In this document: in pieces, positions 8,861-15,910 of the stretch
How positions within the stretch are numbered: position 1 is the first letter of the stretch
Layout: the number at the start of each line of letters is the position of its first letter
From: Tannockella kyphosi
Lineage (GTDB): Bacteria > Bacillota_I > Bacilli_A > Erysipelotrichales > Coprobacillaceae
Length of the DNA stretch: 32,000 nucleotides
NCBI RefSeq assembly: GCF_021054785.1
Contig: NZ_CP088239.1
Location: 2,190,001-2,222,000 of the forward strand
Reading direction: 5' to 3'
The notes under the pieces: model-generated
The model's input: only the letters and a program-made list of their open reading frames with translations
What the model was told of the DNA's origin: nothing
The model's database searches: none
Position numbers and translations under genes: made by a program

Positions 8861-10405
8861 ATGTCGAGAAGAAAGAAAGCAGTTAAAAATTTATATGTAT
8901 CCATATTGTGTTATAGTGTGAACATTGTAATGGCTTTCGGGCTAAGAACAATATTTATTAAAGTTTTATCGGTTGATTATTTGGGAATCAATGGGTTATT
9001 TACTAATATTTTATCTTTTCTATCTCTAGCTGAGTTAGGTATTGGAACTGCTATAGTTTATTCTCTTTACGCTCCTTTAGCTGATAATGATGTAGAGTTA
9101 GTTAAAACGTACATGCTAATTTATAAGAAAGTATATAACGTTATAGGATGTCTAGTATTTATTTTAGGTATGTGTTTATTACCTGCTCTACCATATTTTA
9201 TTGCAGGAGAAACATCTATTGAAAGTCTTAATTTGATTTATTTATTATTTATTTTCAATAGTGCAAGTTCTTATTTCTTCAGTTATAACCAAAGTCTTTT
9301 AACAGCCGATCAGAAAATTTATATGGTAAAATTTTATTCGGAAATATTTAAGGTGTGTATGATGATTGCACAAGCAGTTCTTTTGATTGTTACTAGGGAC
9401 TATATTTTTTACTTAATAGCTAGCATTATATTCACATTATTGACAAATATTTTTCTTTATTATAAAACACTGAGAGTTTATCCGTTTTTAAAGGATAAAT
9501 CATCCGTTTCATGTTTGGATGATGAGAAAAAAAACAAACTAATCACAAATGTAAAAGCACTTTTTTTACATAAAATTGGGTCGCTCCTGGTAGTTGGTGT
9601 TGACAACATTGTGATATCCGCCTTTATAGGATTATCAGCAGTTGGAATATACTCAAATTACACACTAATTATTGCTAATATATCTGCAGTTATAACGCTT
9701 ATAGAAGGTTCCATTAGGGCAGGAATAGGAAACTATGTGACGAAAGAAAACGATAAGAAGTGCTATGATTTTTTCATGTTTAATGACTTTATTTGGTATG
9801 TGATTTATTTGTTTTGCGCAATTTGTTTGGTTAATCTTTTGAATCCTTTTATAGGAACTATATGGTTAAATGATACAAGTTATTTATTTGATATGTCAAT
9901 CGTAATAGTAATCGTGTTAGACTTCTTTATTAAGGGGATGAGAAAAAATACATTATTGTTTAAAGAAGTTTATGGAATATATGACCAAGATAAATTTAAA
10001 CCTCTTTTTGAAGGAGGATTAAATTTAATCCTTTCCGTTATATTAGTCCAAAGAATGGGCATAGTAGGAGTTTTGGTGGCAACTATAATTACTAATGTTA
10101 TGATAAACTTTCTAGTTGAACCGTATATGGTTTTTAAGTATGGACTTAAGCGTGATGTAAAGTCATATTATGTACATCTTATTTTGAAAGTTTTTACATC
10201 GTTAATAATTATAATGGTATCAATGTGTGTTGTATCTTTAATAGAAAGTAATACGGTTTTAGCATTTGTTTTAAGGGGTGTCACAGCAATTATTGTATTC
10301 AGTGTAGGCGTCACACTTTTTAACTTTAAAAATATATATTATAAAAAAATATTATCAACGCTGAAAAATAATGTTAAAGGAAAATTGTTCAGGCGTTATA
10401 AATGA
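8861..10405 (+). CDS. wzx: Wzx-type oligosaccharide-unit flippase (MOP/PST superfamily)
   Basis: 514 aa and hydrophobic throughout, with about 12-14 predicted helices. The basic N-terminus (RRKKAVKNL) is followed by LGINGLFTNILSFLSLAELGIGTAIVYSLY, which is typical of Polysacc_synt flippases. Glycan-locus context supports the call. Confidence 0.8.
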   Translation: MSRRKKAVKNLYVSILCYSVNIVMAFGLRTIFIKVLSVDYLGINGLFTNILSFLSLAELGIGTAIVYSLYAPLADNDVELVKTYMLIYKKVYNVIGCLVFILGMCLLPALPYFIAGETSIESLNLIYLLFIFNSASSYFFSYNQSLLTADQKIYMVKFYSEIFKVCMMIAQAVLLIVTRDYIFYLIASIIFTLLTNIFLYYKTLRVYPFLKDKSSVSCLDDEKKNKLITNVKALFLHKIGSLLVVGVDNIVISAFIGLSAVGIYSNYTLIIANISAVITLIEGSIRAGIGNYVTKENDKKCYDFFMFNDFIWYVIYLFCAICLVNLLNPFIGTIWLNDTSYLFDMSIVIVIVLDFFIKGMRKNTLLFKEVYGIYDQDKFKPLFEGGLNLILSVILVQRMGIVGVLVATIITNVMINFLVEPYMVFKYGLKRDVKSYYVHLILKVFTSLIIIMVSMCVVSLIESNTVLAFVLRGVTAIIVFSVGVTLFNFKNIYYKKILSTLKNNVKGKLFRRYK

Positions 10406-10495
10406 TAATAGAATTTTATGAAAATTCAGCTTTACGTTATTGTAGAGTTTGCCGATATCGGCGCTTTAAAATCTAGCGGGGTTTAGCGTAAAAAA

Positions 10496-10543
10496 GCTTT
10501 AAAAATAGAGCGGGGATAATTTTCCCCGTTCTATTTTTAAAGC
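10496..10543. terminator. Long hairpin, probable (bidirectional-type) intrinsic terminator after wzx
   Basis: GCTTTAAAAATAGAGCGGGGA (10496-10516) pairs with TCCCCGTTCTATTTTTAAAGC (10523-10543), giving a 21-bp stem with one G-U pair. The GC-rich core is flanked by an A-tract on the 5' side and a T-tract on the 3' side. Confidence 0.65.
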
Positions 10544-10624
10544 CAATGCGAACATAAATTACAGTTTTTTTATTTTTTCGATTTTTTGTAGGGTCCCCTT
10601 GGTGATCCTACTCTTTTTATTGGC
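10535..10624 (+). repeat. Copy 1 of a ~90-nt direct repeat unit with a conserved internal hairpin
   Basis: It aligns by eye with 10700-10790: 5 substitutions plus 2 small indels over about 90 nt. It contains GTAGGGTC-CCCTTGGT-GATCCTAC, an 8-bp stem with one G-U pair. Confidence 0.85.
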
Positions 10625-10641
10625 TCTGTGTCAAGACTGGG

Positions 10642-10683
10642 GGACAAGTGATTATTAAGTAATCACTTGTCCTTTTTCTTTTT
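10642..10683 (+). terminator. Rho-independent terminator between the two repeat units
   Basis: GGACAAGTGATTA (10642-10654) and TAATCACTTGTCC (10660-10672) form a perfect 13-bp stem with a 5-nt loop. TTTTTCTTTTT follows immediately. Confidence 0.75.
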
Positions 10684-10699
10684 CTATAAATTGGGGTGC

Positions 10700-10790
10700 T
10701 TTTAAAGCTGATGCAAACATAAATTACAGTTTTTTATTTTTTAGATTTTTTGTAGGGTCCCCTTGGTGATTCTACTCTTTTTATTTTGGC
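10700..10790 (+). repeat. Copy 2 of the ~90-nt direct repeat unit
   Basis: See copy 1. The hairpin is retained as GTAGGGTC-CCCTTGGT-GATTCTAC; the C-to-T change keeps pairing as a G-U pair. Confidence 0.85.
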
Positions 10791-10813
10791 AGAATGTTCA
10801 CTTATAAGTAAGT

Positions 10814-10845
10814 GTGAAATTATGTAGATAACAACATAATTTCAC
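10814..10845. repeat. Perfect 12-bp inverted repeat (hairpin) downstream of repeat copy 2
   Basis: GTGAAATTATGT (10814-10825) and ACATAATTTCAC (10834-10845) flank an 8-nt loop. No T-run follows, so it is not a classical terminator. Confidence 0.6.
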
Positions 10846-10925
10846 AATCACCCTTAATTCTTCATAATCATAATAAGACATTATCATAAGTTAATCAGTG
10901 CTACATTTTTATTGTGCCTTTTTCA

Positions 10926-10953
10926 TTGAAAATCACAGTCAAAATGATATACT
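10926..10953 (+). promoter_or_regulatory. Candidate sigma-A promoter (extended -10) for the cpsC-cpsD-cpsB module
   Basis: TTGAAA (10926-10931), a 16-nt spacer ending in TG-a, then TATACT (10948-10953). It lies about 50 nt upstream of the ATG at 11003. Confidence 0.4.
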
Positions 10954-11002
10954 AGTAGTAGTTTTAAAAATAAGTATATTAATTAAAGAAAAGGGGAATA
11001 AT

Positions 11003-11740
11003 ATGGAAGATGATATTTTTATAGATTTGTCTGTTGTGTTTAAGACAATGTTAAAGAAAAGCTGGATTATTGCTATTGCAACAATACTAGGGGCAACTGC
11101 TATGTTTGGGTATAGTAGCTTTGTTAAAACACCATTGTATGAGGCAGATGTAAAGTTATATGTAAACAATAGTACCTTTTCATTAGGTAGTACATCATAT
11201 AGTATTACTAGTGGTGAGTTATCTGCTGCACAGAGTCTGATAGAGACATATATTGTTATATTAGAAACAAGAACTGTAATTAATGAGATCATTGATGAAG
11301 GAAATTATGACTACACATATGAGGAAATGCTTTCAATGATTAGTGCAGCATCAGTAAATAGCACAGAGGTCTTTAGTGTTACTGTTACGAATGAATCTGC
11401 ATCAGAAGCTGCAGATATTGCTAATACAATAGGAACAGTACTACCTGACTGTATTAGTGATGTAGTAGATGGTAGTGATGTACGTATTGTAGATTATGCA
11501 GTAGAAGCAGTAAATCAAGTATATCCTGTAGTACTTACGGATACAATAAAAGGTGCAATGATTGGATTTGTTCTAGTAAGTGGTATTATTTTATTACAAA
11601 TATTGTTTGATAGTGTAATTCGTAGTCAAGACTATATTAGTCAAACATATGATTATCCTATTCTAGCATCTATTCCTGAAGGTGAAACTAAAGGTGGATA
11701 TTATGGTGGTATAAAAACCGGAAAAAAAGGAGGCCTGTAA
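11003..11740 (+). CDS. cpsC: Wzz/CpsC/YwqC-type chain-length determinant, transmembrane activator of the BY-kinase
   Basis: I prefer the ATG at 11003, which has the RBS AAGGGGAA 4-5 nt upstream, over the track's start at 10898. An N-terminal TM (WIIAIATILGATAMFGY) is followed by an extracellular domain, a second TM (GAMIGFVLVSGIILLQILF) and a short basic tail. The kinase gene follows directly. Confidence 0.85.
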   Translation: MEDDIFIDLSVVFKTMLKKSWIIAIATILGATAMFGYSSFVKTPLYEADVKLYVNNSTFSLGSTSYSITSGELSAAQSLIETYIVILETRTVINEIIDEGNYDYTYEEMLSMISAASVNSTEVFSVTVTNESASEAADIANTIGTVLPDCISDVVDGSDVRIVDYAVEAVNQVYPVVLTDTIKGAMIGFVLVSGIILLQILFDSVIRSQDYISQTYDYPILASIPEGETKGGYYGGIKTGKKGGL

Positions 11741-12445
11741 ATGAGTAAAGTAAGTACATTAAATGATGCGAATCTAATTTATCCAAATTTACCTTTCGCT
11801 GCTACAGAAGCTTATAAAATGCTTCGTACAAATATTGTTTATTCCTTTACAGATGAAATTAGTTGTCCTGTAATAGGAATTACTAGTTCTCTAAAAGGAG
11901 AAGGGAAAAGTACAACGGCTATTAATATAGCCTATACACTAGCTGTTACAAACAAGAAAGTATTATTTATTGAATGTGATATGCGTTTACCAAGTGCTGG
12001 TAAACACTTACACATTCAATCAGAAGATGGTCTTTCTTCTATTTTAACAGGTGTTCAAAAGAATATAGCTAGTGTAATCATTAAAGATAAAAGTTTTCCT
12101 AATTTAAATTTCATGTTAAGTGGTCCTATACCACCAAACCCATCTGAAATACTAGATTCAAATAGTATGAAAAAAGTTCTAGAATTACTAAAAAAAGAAT
12201 ATGATTACATTGTATTGGACTTACCACCAATAACACTAGTATCTGATCCAATAGTTGTTTCTAAATATACAGATGGTATGATTATTGTAACTCGTCAAGA
12301 CTATAGTGAGAAAAAAGCATTACATCAATCTATATCACAATTGAAATATGTAAATGCTAGAATTCTAGGTTTTGTATATAGAGGACAAAAGAATAGTGGA
12401 TTTGGATATGGTAATAAGTATAGTGGTAAATATGAATATAAATAG
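11741..12445 (+). CDS. cpsD: BY-type protein tyrosine kinase (CpsD/Wze/YwqD-like)
   Basis: Walker A is SSLKGEGKST, Walker A' is VLFIECDMRLP, and Walker B is DYIVLDLPP. The C-terminal tyrosine cluster is YRGQKNSGFGYGNKYSGKYEYK. The start codon follows the cpsC stop directly (TAAATG). Confidence 0.9.
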   Translation: MSKVSTLNDANLIYPNLPFAATEAYKMLRTNIVYSFTDEISCPVIGITSSLKGEGKSTTAINIAYTLAVTNKKVLFIECDMRLPSAGKHLHIQSEDGLSSILTGVQKNIASVIIKDKSFPNLNFMLSGPIPPNPSEILDSNSMKKVLELLKKEYDYIVLDLPPITLVSDPIVVSKYTDGMIIVTRQDYSEKKALHQSISQLKYVNARILGFVYRGQKNSGFGYGNKYSGKYEYK

Positions 12446-12454
12446 GATGATGAA

Positions 12455-13162
12455 ATGATAGATTTTCATAGTCATATATTACCAGGAATAGATGATGGTA
12501 GTGATAGTATAGAAACAACAATACAAATGCTAAAAGAATCTAAGAAGCAAGGTGTAGAATACATGATTGCAACACCACATTATTATCCTATGAATATTTC
12601 ATTACAAGACTTTATAAGTAATAGAAAAAAAGCAAAAGATAAAGTAGATGCTATTATGGATGACTCTATGCCTAAACTCCTTTTAGGAGCAGAAGTATAT
12701 TATTATTATGGAATCAGTAGTTTAGGCACAGATATTCATTCTTTGTGTGTAGAAGGAACAAATGTATTATTGTTAGAATTACCAATGTGTTCTTTTACTC
12801 AAGAACACATTTCTGAAGTAATTAAACTTCAAAATCAATGTGGTTTGACAGTGGTTTTAGCTCATATTGAAAGATATATAGGATTTAGTGGAAATAAAGA
12901 TGTATTTATGTATCTAAAAGAACAAGGTATCTTATTTCAAGTAAATGCTACTTTCTTTATGAATCATAAAACAAGAAGATATGCATTATCTTTATTAAAA
13001 CAAGGTTATATAGATGCATTAGGTAGCGACTGTCATAATATGACAAGTCGCAATCCTAATCTTCTATTAGCGATGAATTATTTAGAGAAAAAAGGTTGTT
13101 TAAAGCAAGTGTTATCAATTTTTAATGAAAATAGTTTAATTCTTAACATTTCAGGAAAATAA
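12455..13162 (+). CDS. cpsB: PHP-family manganese-dependent protein-tyrosine phosphatase (CpsB/Wzh/YwqE-like)
   Basis: The N-terminus MIDFHSHILPGIDDG is the signature of CpsB-type phosphatases. Later His motifs are present (ATPH, LAHIERY, GSDCH). Confidence 0.9.
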   Translation: MIDFHSHILPGIDDGSDSIETTIQMLKESKKQGVEYMIATPHYYPMNISLQDFISNRKKAKDKVDAIMDDSMPKLLLGAEVYYYYGISSLGTDIHSLCVEGTNVLLLELPMCSFTQEHISEVIKLQNQCGLTVVLAHIERYIGFSGNKDVFMYLKEQGILFQVNATFFMNHKTRRYALSLLKQGYIDALGSDCHNMTSRNPNLLLAMNYLEKKGCLKQVLSIFNENSLILNISGK

Positions 13163-13185
13163 TTCATTTTTTAAGGTAATATCTA

Positions 13186-13213
13186 TTGATTTTTAAAAAT
13201 TATGTAGTAAACT
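13186..13213 (+). promoter_or_regulatory. Weak candidate sigma-A promoter upstream of the acidic surface-protein gene
   Basis: TTGATT (13186-13191), a 16-nt spacer, then TAAACT (13208-13213). The strong RBS AAGGAGGAG follows before the ATG at 13251. Confidence 0.3.
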
Positions 13214-13250
13214 GAAGAAAGTATTAGAAATTCAAGGAGGAGATGTAAAA

Positions 13251-13946
13251 ATGAAAAAAATTGTAAGTTCTTTAATCGTATGTGCTATGTTAGCTGTATC
13301 GGTTTGTTCAGTAAATGCAACAGTAGTATCTAGTGTGGAAGCAAAGGCTGCACCAACTATTTCAACTGTAACTACTTCAACAGGAGCAGTTATTGACGTT
13401 GCTGATATTGAAATTACTGCTTTAGCAGATTTAAGTACATTAGATGCAGATGATCAAGTAGCTTTAGATGCAGCTTATGAAGAAATTAAGGATGCGTCAT
13501 CACTAGTAACTTTAGTTCCTGCTTTAGCAGATGTATTAGAAGATGGTGAAAGTGCAGATGATTTAGCTGTACGTGATTTATTTTATTTAGATGTACCAAC
13601 AGAAGTATATGATGTATTAGATGCTGGTGGAACTGTTACACTTTCATTTGCAGTAACTGCAGATGCTGGAGAAACATTCTATGTAATGGCTAATTGTGAT
13701 GGTGAATGGGTTCCTGTATCAAGCGAAGATGTAACTTTAAGTGCTGATGGTTCAACTTTAACTGTTACTTTCAGTGAGTTATGCCCAATTGCTTTTGTAA
13801 GTAATACAGTTGCAGCTGATGATTCATCAAGTGATTCAGTTGATACTGGAGACAATACTAACGTAGCTATGTATGGTATTATTGCAGCTGGTTGTGCAGC
13901 AGTAGCGGTAGCTTTAGTAGTAACTCGTAAAAAAGAAGTTGAATAA
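13251..13946 (+). CDS. Secreted, highly acidic surface protein with a C-terminal sorting-signal-like anchor
   Basis: Signal peptide MKKIVSSLIVCAMLAVSVCSVNA. By my count there are about 38 Asp/Glu against about 8 Lys/Arg. The C-terminus is SVDTGDNTNV, then a hydrophobic segment (AMYGIIAAGCAAVAVALVV), then TRKKEVE. No family recognised. Confidence 0.7.
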   Translation: MKKIVSSLIVCAMLAVSVCSVNATVVSSVEAKAAPTISTVTTSTGAVIDVADIEITALADLSTLDADDQVALDAAYEEIKDASSLVTLVPALADVLEDGESADDLAVRDLFYLDVPTEVYDVLDAGGTVTLSFAVTADAGETFYVMANCDGEWVPVSSEDVTLSADGSTLTVTFSELCPIAFVSNTVAADDSSSDSVDTGDNTNVAMYGIIAAGCAAVAVALVVTRKKEVE

Positions 13947-13963
13947 TTTCAACTTTTAAAGAT

Positions 13964-14941
13964 TTGAAAAAAACAAGTATAAGTATATATAAAATAGTAG
14001 TCGCTATATTGGCATGCGTTTCTGTGGTGTCTGGCTACTATTTTTTTACTAATTTTAATCAAACAGAAGAAGCCATTGATAATGGAAATCCGTTTGATAC
14101 AACAACTGCACTAGAATATAATGGACAAACATATGATGAAAAATCAAATTTAGAATTAGTCTTATTTATGGGTATTGATGAGTTTGGTGCTCAAGTATCC
14201 AGTGAATCTTATAACAATTCTGCTCAAACTGATTTTGTTTCATTAATCATATTTGATCATACTAATAAAACCTTTGAAGTGCTTTACTTAAGCAGAGATA
14301 CAATACTTGAAATGGATGTTCTTGGAATAAGTGGAACAATAACAGGAACATATACAGGACAATTAGCTTTAGCTCATACATATGGAGATGGATTAGAAGA
14401 AAGCTGTGAGAATACAGTTACAGCAGTATCTAGACTCCTTAATGATATTTCTATTGATTATTATATTTCTGTTACAATGAGTGCGATACCAATACTAAAT
14501 GATGCTTATGGTGGTATAGAAGTAACGATTAATGAAGATTTAACATCAGTAGATTCTACTTTAATAGAAGGAGAAACAATTCTATTAGATGGAGATCAAG
14601 CACTAAATTACTTAAGAGCTAGAATGACTGTTGGAGATGGTACAAATGCTGCACGTATGGAAAGACAACAAATATATTTAGATAACTTATATACTAAAAT
14701 GATGGAAACAGATGTAAGCTTAGTAAACTTAGTAATAAATGATCTTTCTGATTATTTATTAACTGATGCAACTATTAATGAACTTACTAGTATGAATACA
14801 AATATTCAAGAATATGAATTCTTAGGAAGTAATTATATAGAAGGAGAAACAGTTTTAGGTGAAGAATATTATGAAGTATATTTAGATGAAGATTCTTTAT
14901 TAGAAACCATATTTAATCTATTTTACAATCCAAATTACTAA
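13964..14941 (+). CDS. LytR-CpsA-Psr (LCP) family glycopolymer-to-peptidoglycan ligase
   Basis: An N-terminal TM anchor (IYKIVVAILACVSVVSGYYFF) is followed by LCP blocks: LVLFMGIDE, QTDFVSLIIF, DGDQALNYLRAR, R..RQQ. The only in-frame start is a TTG with no convincing RBS, so start confidence is lower than gene confidence. Confidence 0.8.
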   Translation: MKKTSISIYKIVVAILACVSVVSGYYFFTNFNQTEEAIDNGNPFDTTTALEYNGQTYDEKSNLELVLFMGIDEFGAQVSSESYNNSAQTDFVSLIIFDHTNKTFEVLYLSRDTILEMDVLGISGTITGTYTGQLALAHTYGDGLEESCENTVTAVSRLLNDISIDYYISVTMSAIPILNDAYGGIEVTINEDLTSVDSTLIEGETILLDGDQALNYLRARMTVGDGTNAARMERQQIYLDNLYTKMMETDVSLVNLVINDLSDYLLTDATINELTSMNTNIQEYEFLGSNYIEGETVLGEEYYEVYLDEDSLLETIFNLFYNPNY

Positions 14942-14948
14942 TAAAAGT

Positions 14949-14975
14949 AGCGACATGTAAATGTCGCTTTTCTAT
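14949..14975 (+). terminator. Rho-independent terminator ending the polysaccharide locus
   Basis: AGCGACAT (14949-14956), loop GTAA, ATGTCGCT (14961-14968), then TTTCTATT. Confidence 0.7.
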
Positions 14976-15059
14976 TATAAAACTATTTCACTATCTTTTT
15001 AAAATAAATATACACTTATTGTTGTATATTTGGTACTATAGAAGAAAGGAGTGATAAAG

Positions 15060-15908
15060 ATGGACAAAAAAGAAATAGTAATTGTTACAGGTATGTCAGG
15101 AGCTGGGAAAACTAGTGCAATGGCTTGCTTTGAAAACTTAGCGTATCGTTGTATTGATAATTATCCAGTAGACTTATTAGAAGAGTTTGGAGAATTAGTA
15201 AAAAGTGATGCTAAGTATCATAAAATAGCTTTAGCAGTTAGTTTAGGAGACTCTATTAAAGCAATACGATTATTATCTAATATGGATTGGATTAGTCTTA
15301 CTGTAGTATTTCTTGATTGCGATGATGAAATCATTGTAAAGAGATATAGAGAAACAAGAAGATCACATCCATTACTAATATCAAATAAAGCTGCTTCTTT
15401 AGTAGAAGGTATTTCTTTTGAAAGAAAACTAGCAGAACCTATCTCTAATTTAGCTAATTTTACAATGGATACTTCAAAACTAAAATTCGTAAAATTCCAA
15501 GAACTTATAGAAGGATACTTCTCTAAAGGAATTATTGCACCTTTCCGTATCAGTTTTGAATCCTTTGGATTCAAATATGGTGTTCCTAAAGATGCAGATC
15601 TATTACTAGATGTACGTTTCTTACCAAATCCTTTCTATTTAGAAGAACTAAGAGAAAAAACAGGAAATGATAAAGAAGTATATGACTATGTTATGGAAAA
15701 AGAAGAAACAAGTTTATTTGTTAAAAAAACAACAGAATACTTAGATTACTTAATCAAAGAATATGAAAAAGAAGGGAAGATGCATTTAATCATTGGAATT
15801 GGATGTACTGGTGGACAACATCGTTCAGTTACACTAACAAACTACTTTGCTAGTGTTTATGCAAAACAATATCAAGTACATTGTCTCCATAGAGATGCAC
15901 ATCACTAA
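15060..15908 (+). CDS. rapZ: RapZ/YvcJ P-loop nucleotide-binding RNase-adapter-like protein
   Basis: Walker A is VTGMSGAGKTSA and the C-terminal block is GCTGGQHRSV. I prefer the ATG at 15060, which has AAAGGAG 7 nt upstream, over the track's GTG at 15051. Confidence 0.9.
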   Translation: MDKKEIVIVTGMSGAGKTSAMACFENLAYRCIDNYPVDLLEEFGELVKSDAKYHKIALAVSLGDSIKAIRLLSNMDWISLTVVFLDCDDEIIVKRYRETRRSHPLLISNKAASLVEGISFERKLAEPISNLANFTMDTSKLKFVKFQELIEGYFSKGIIAPFRISFESFGFKYGVPKDADLLLDVRFLPNPFYLEELREKTGNDKEVYDYVMEKEETSLFVKKTTEYLDYLIKEYEKEGKMHLIIGIGCTGGQHRSVTLTNYFASVYAKQYQVHCLHRDAHH

Positions 15909-15910
15909 TT

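Noticed and set aside
10418-10720. Mini-ORFs in the non-coding gap: a 22-aa + strand ORF at 10418-10486, and minus-strand 18-aa (10499-10555) and 21-aa (10655-10720) ORFs. The two minus-strand ORFs both begin MFA-x-ALK within the repeat units.
   Set aside because: None has a Shine-Dalgarno sequence. Similarity between the two minus-strand peptides ends after 7 codons, where the repeat ends. The conservation lies mostly in what would be their 5' untranslated side, which argues for a nucleic-acid-level element rather than a peptide.
10535-10790. I asked whether the direct repeats could be a CRISPR array.
   Set aside because: There are only two copies. The units are about 90 nt long, far longer than CRISPR repeats, and they differ at several positions. 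The 'spacer' is a terminator hairpin, and there are no cas genes in the window.
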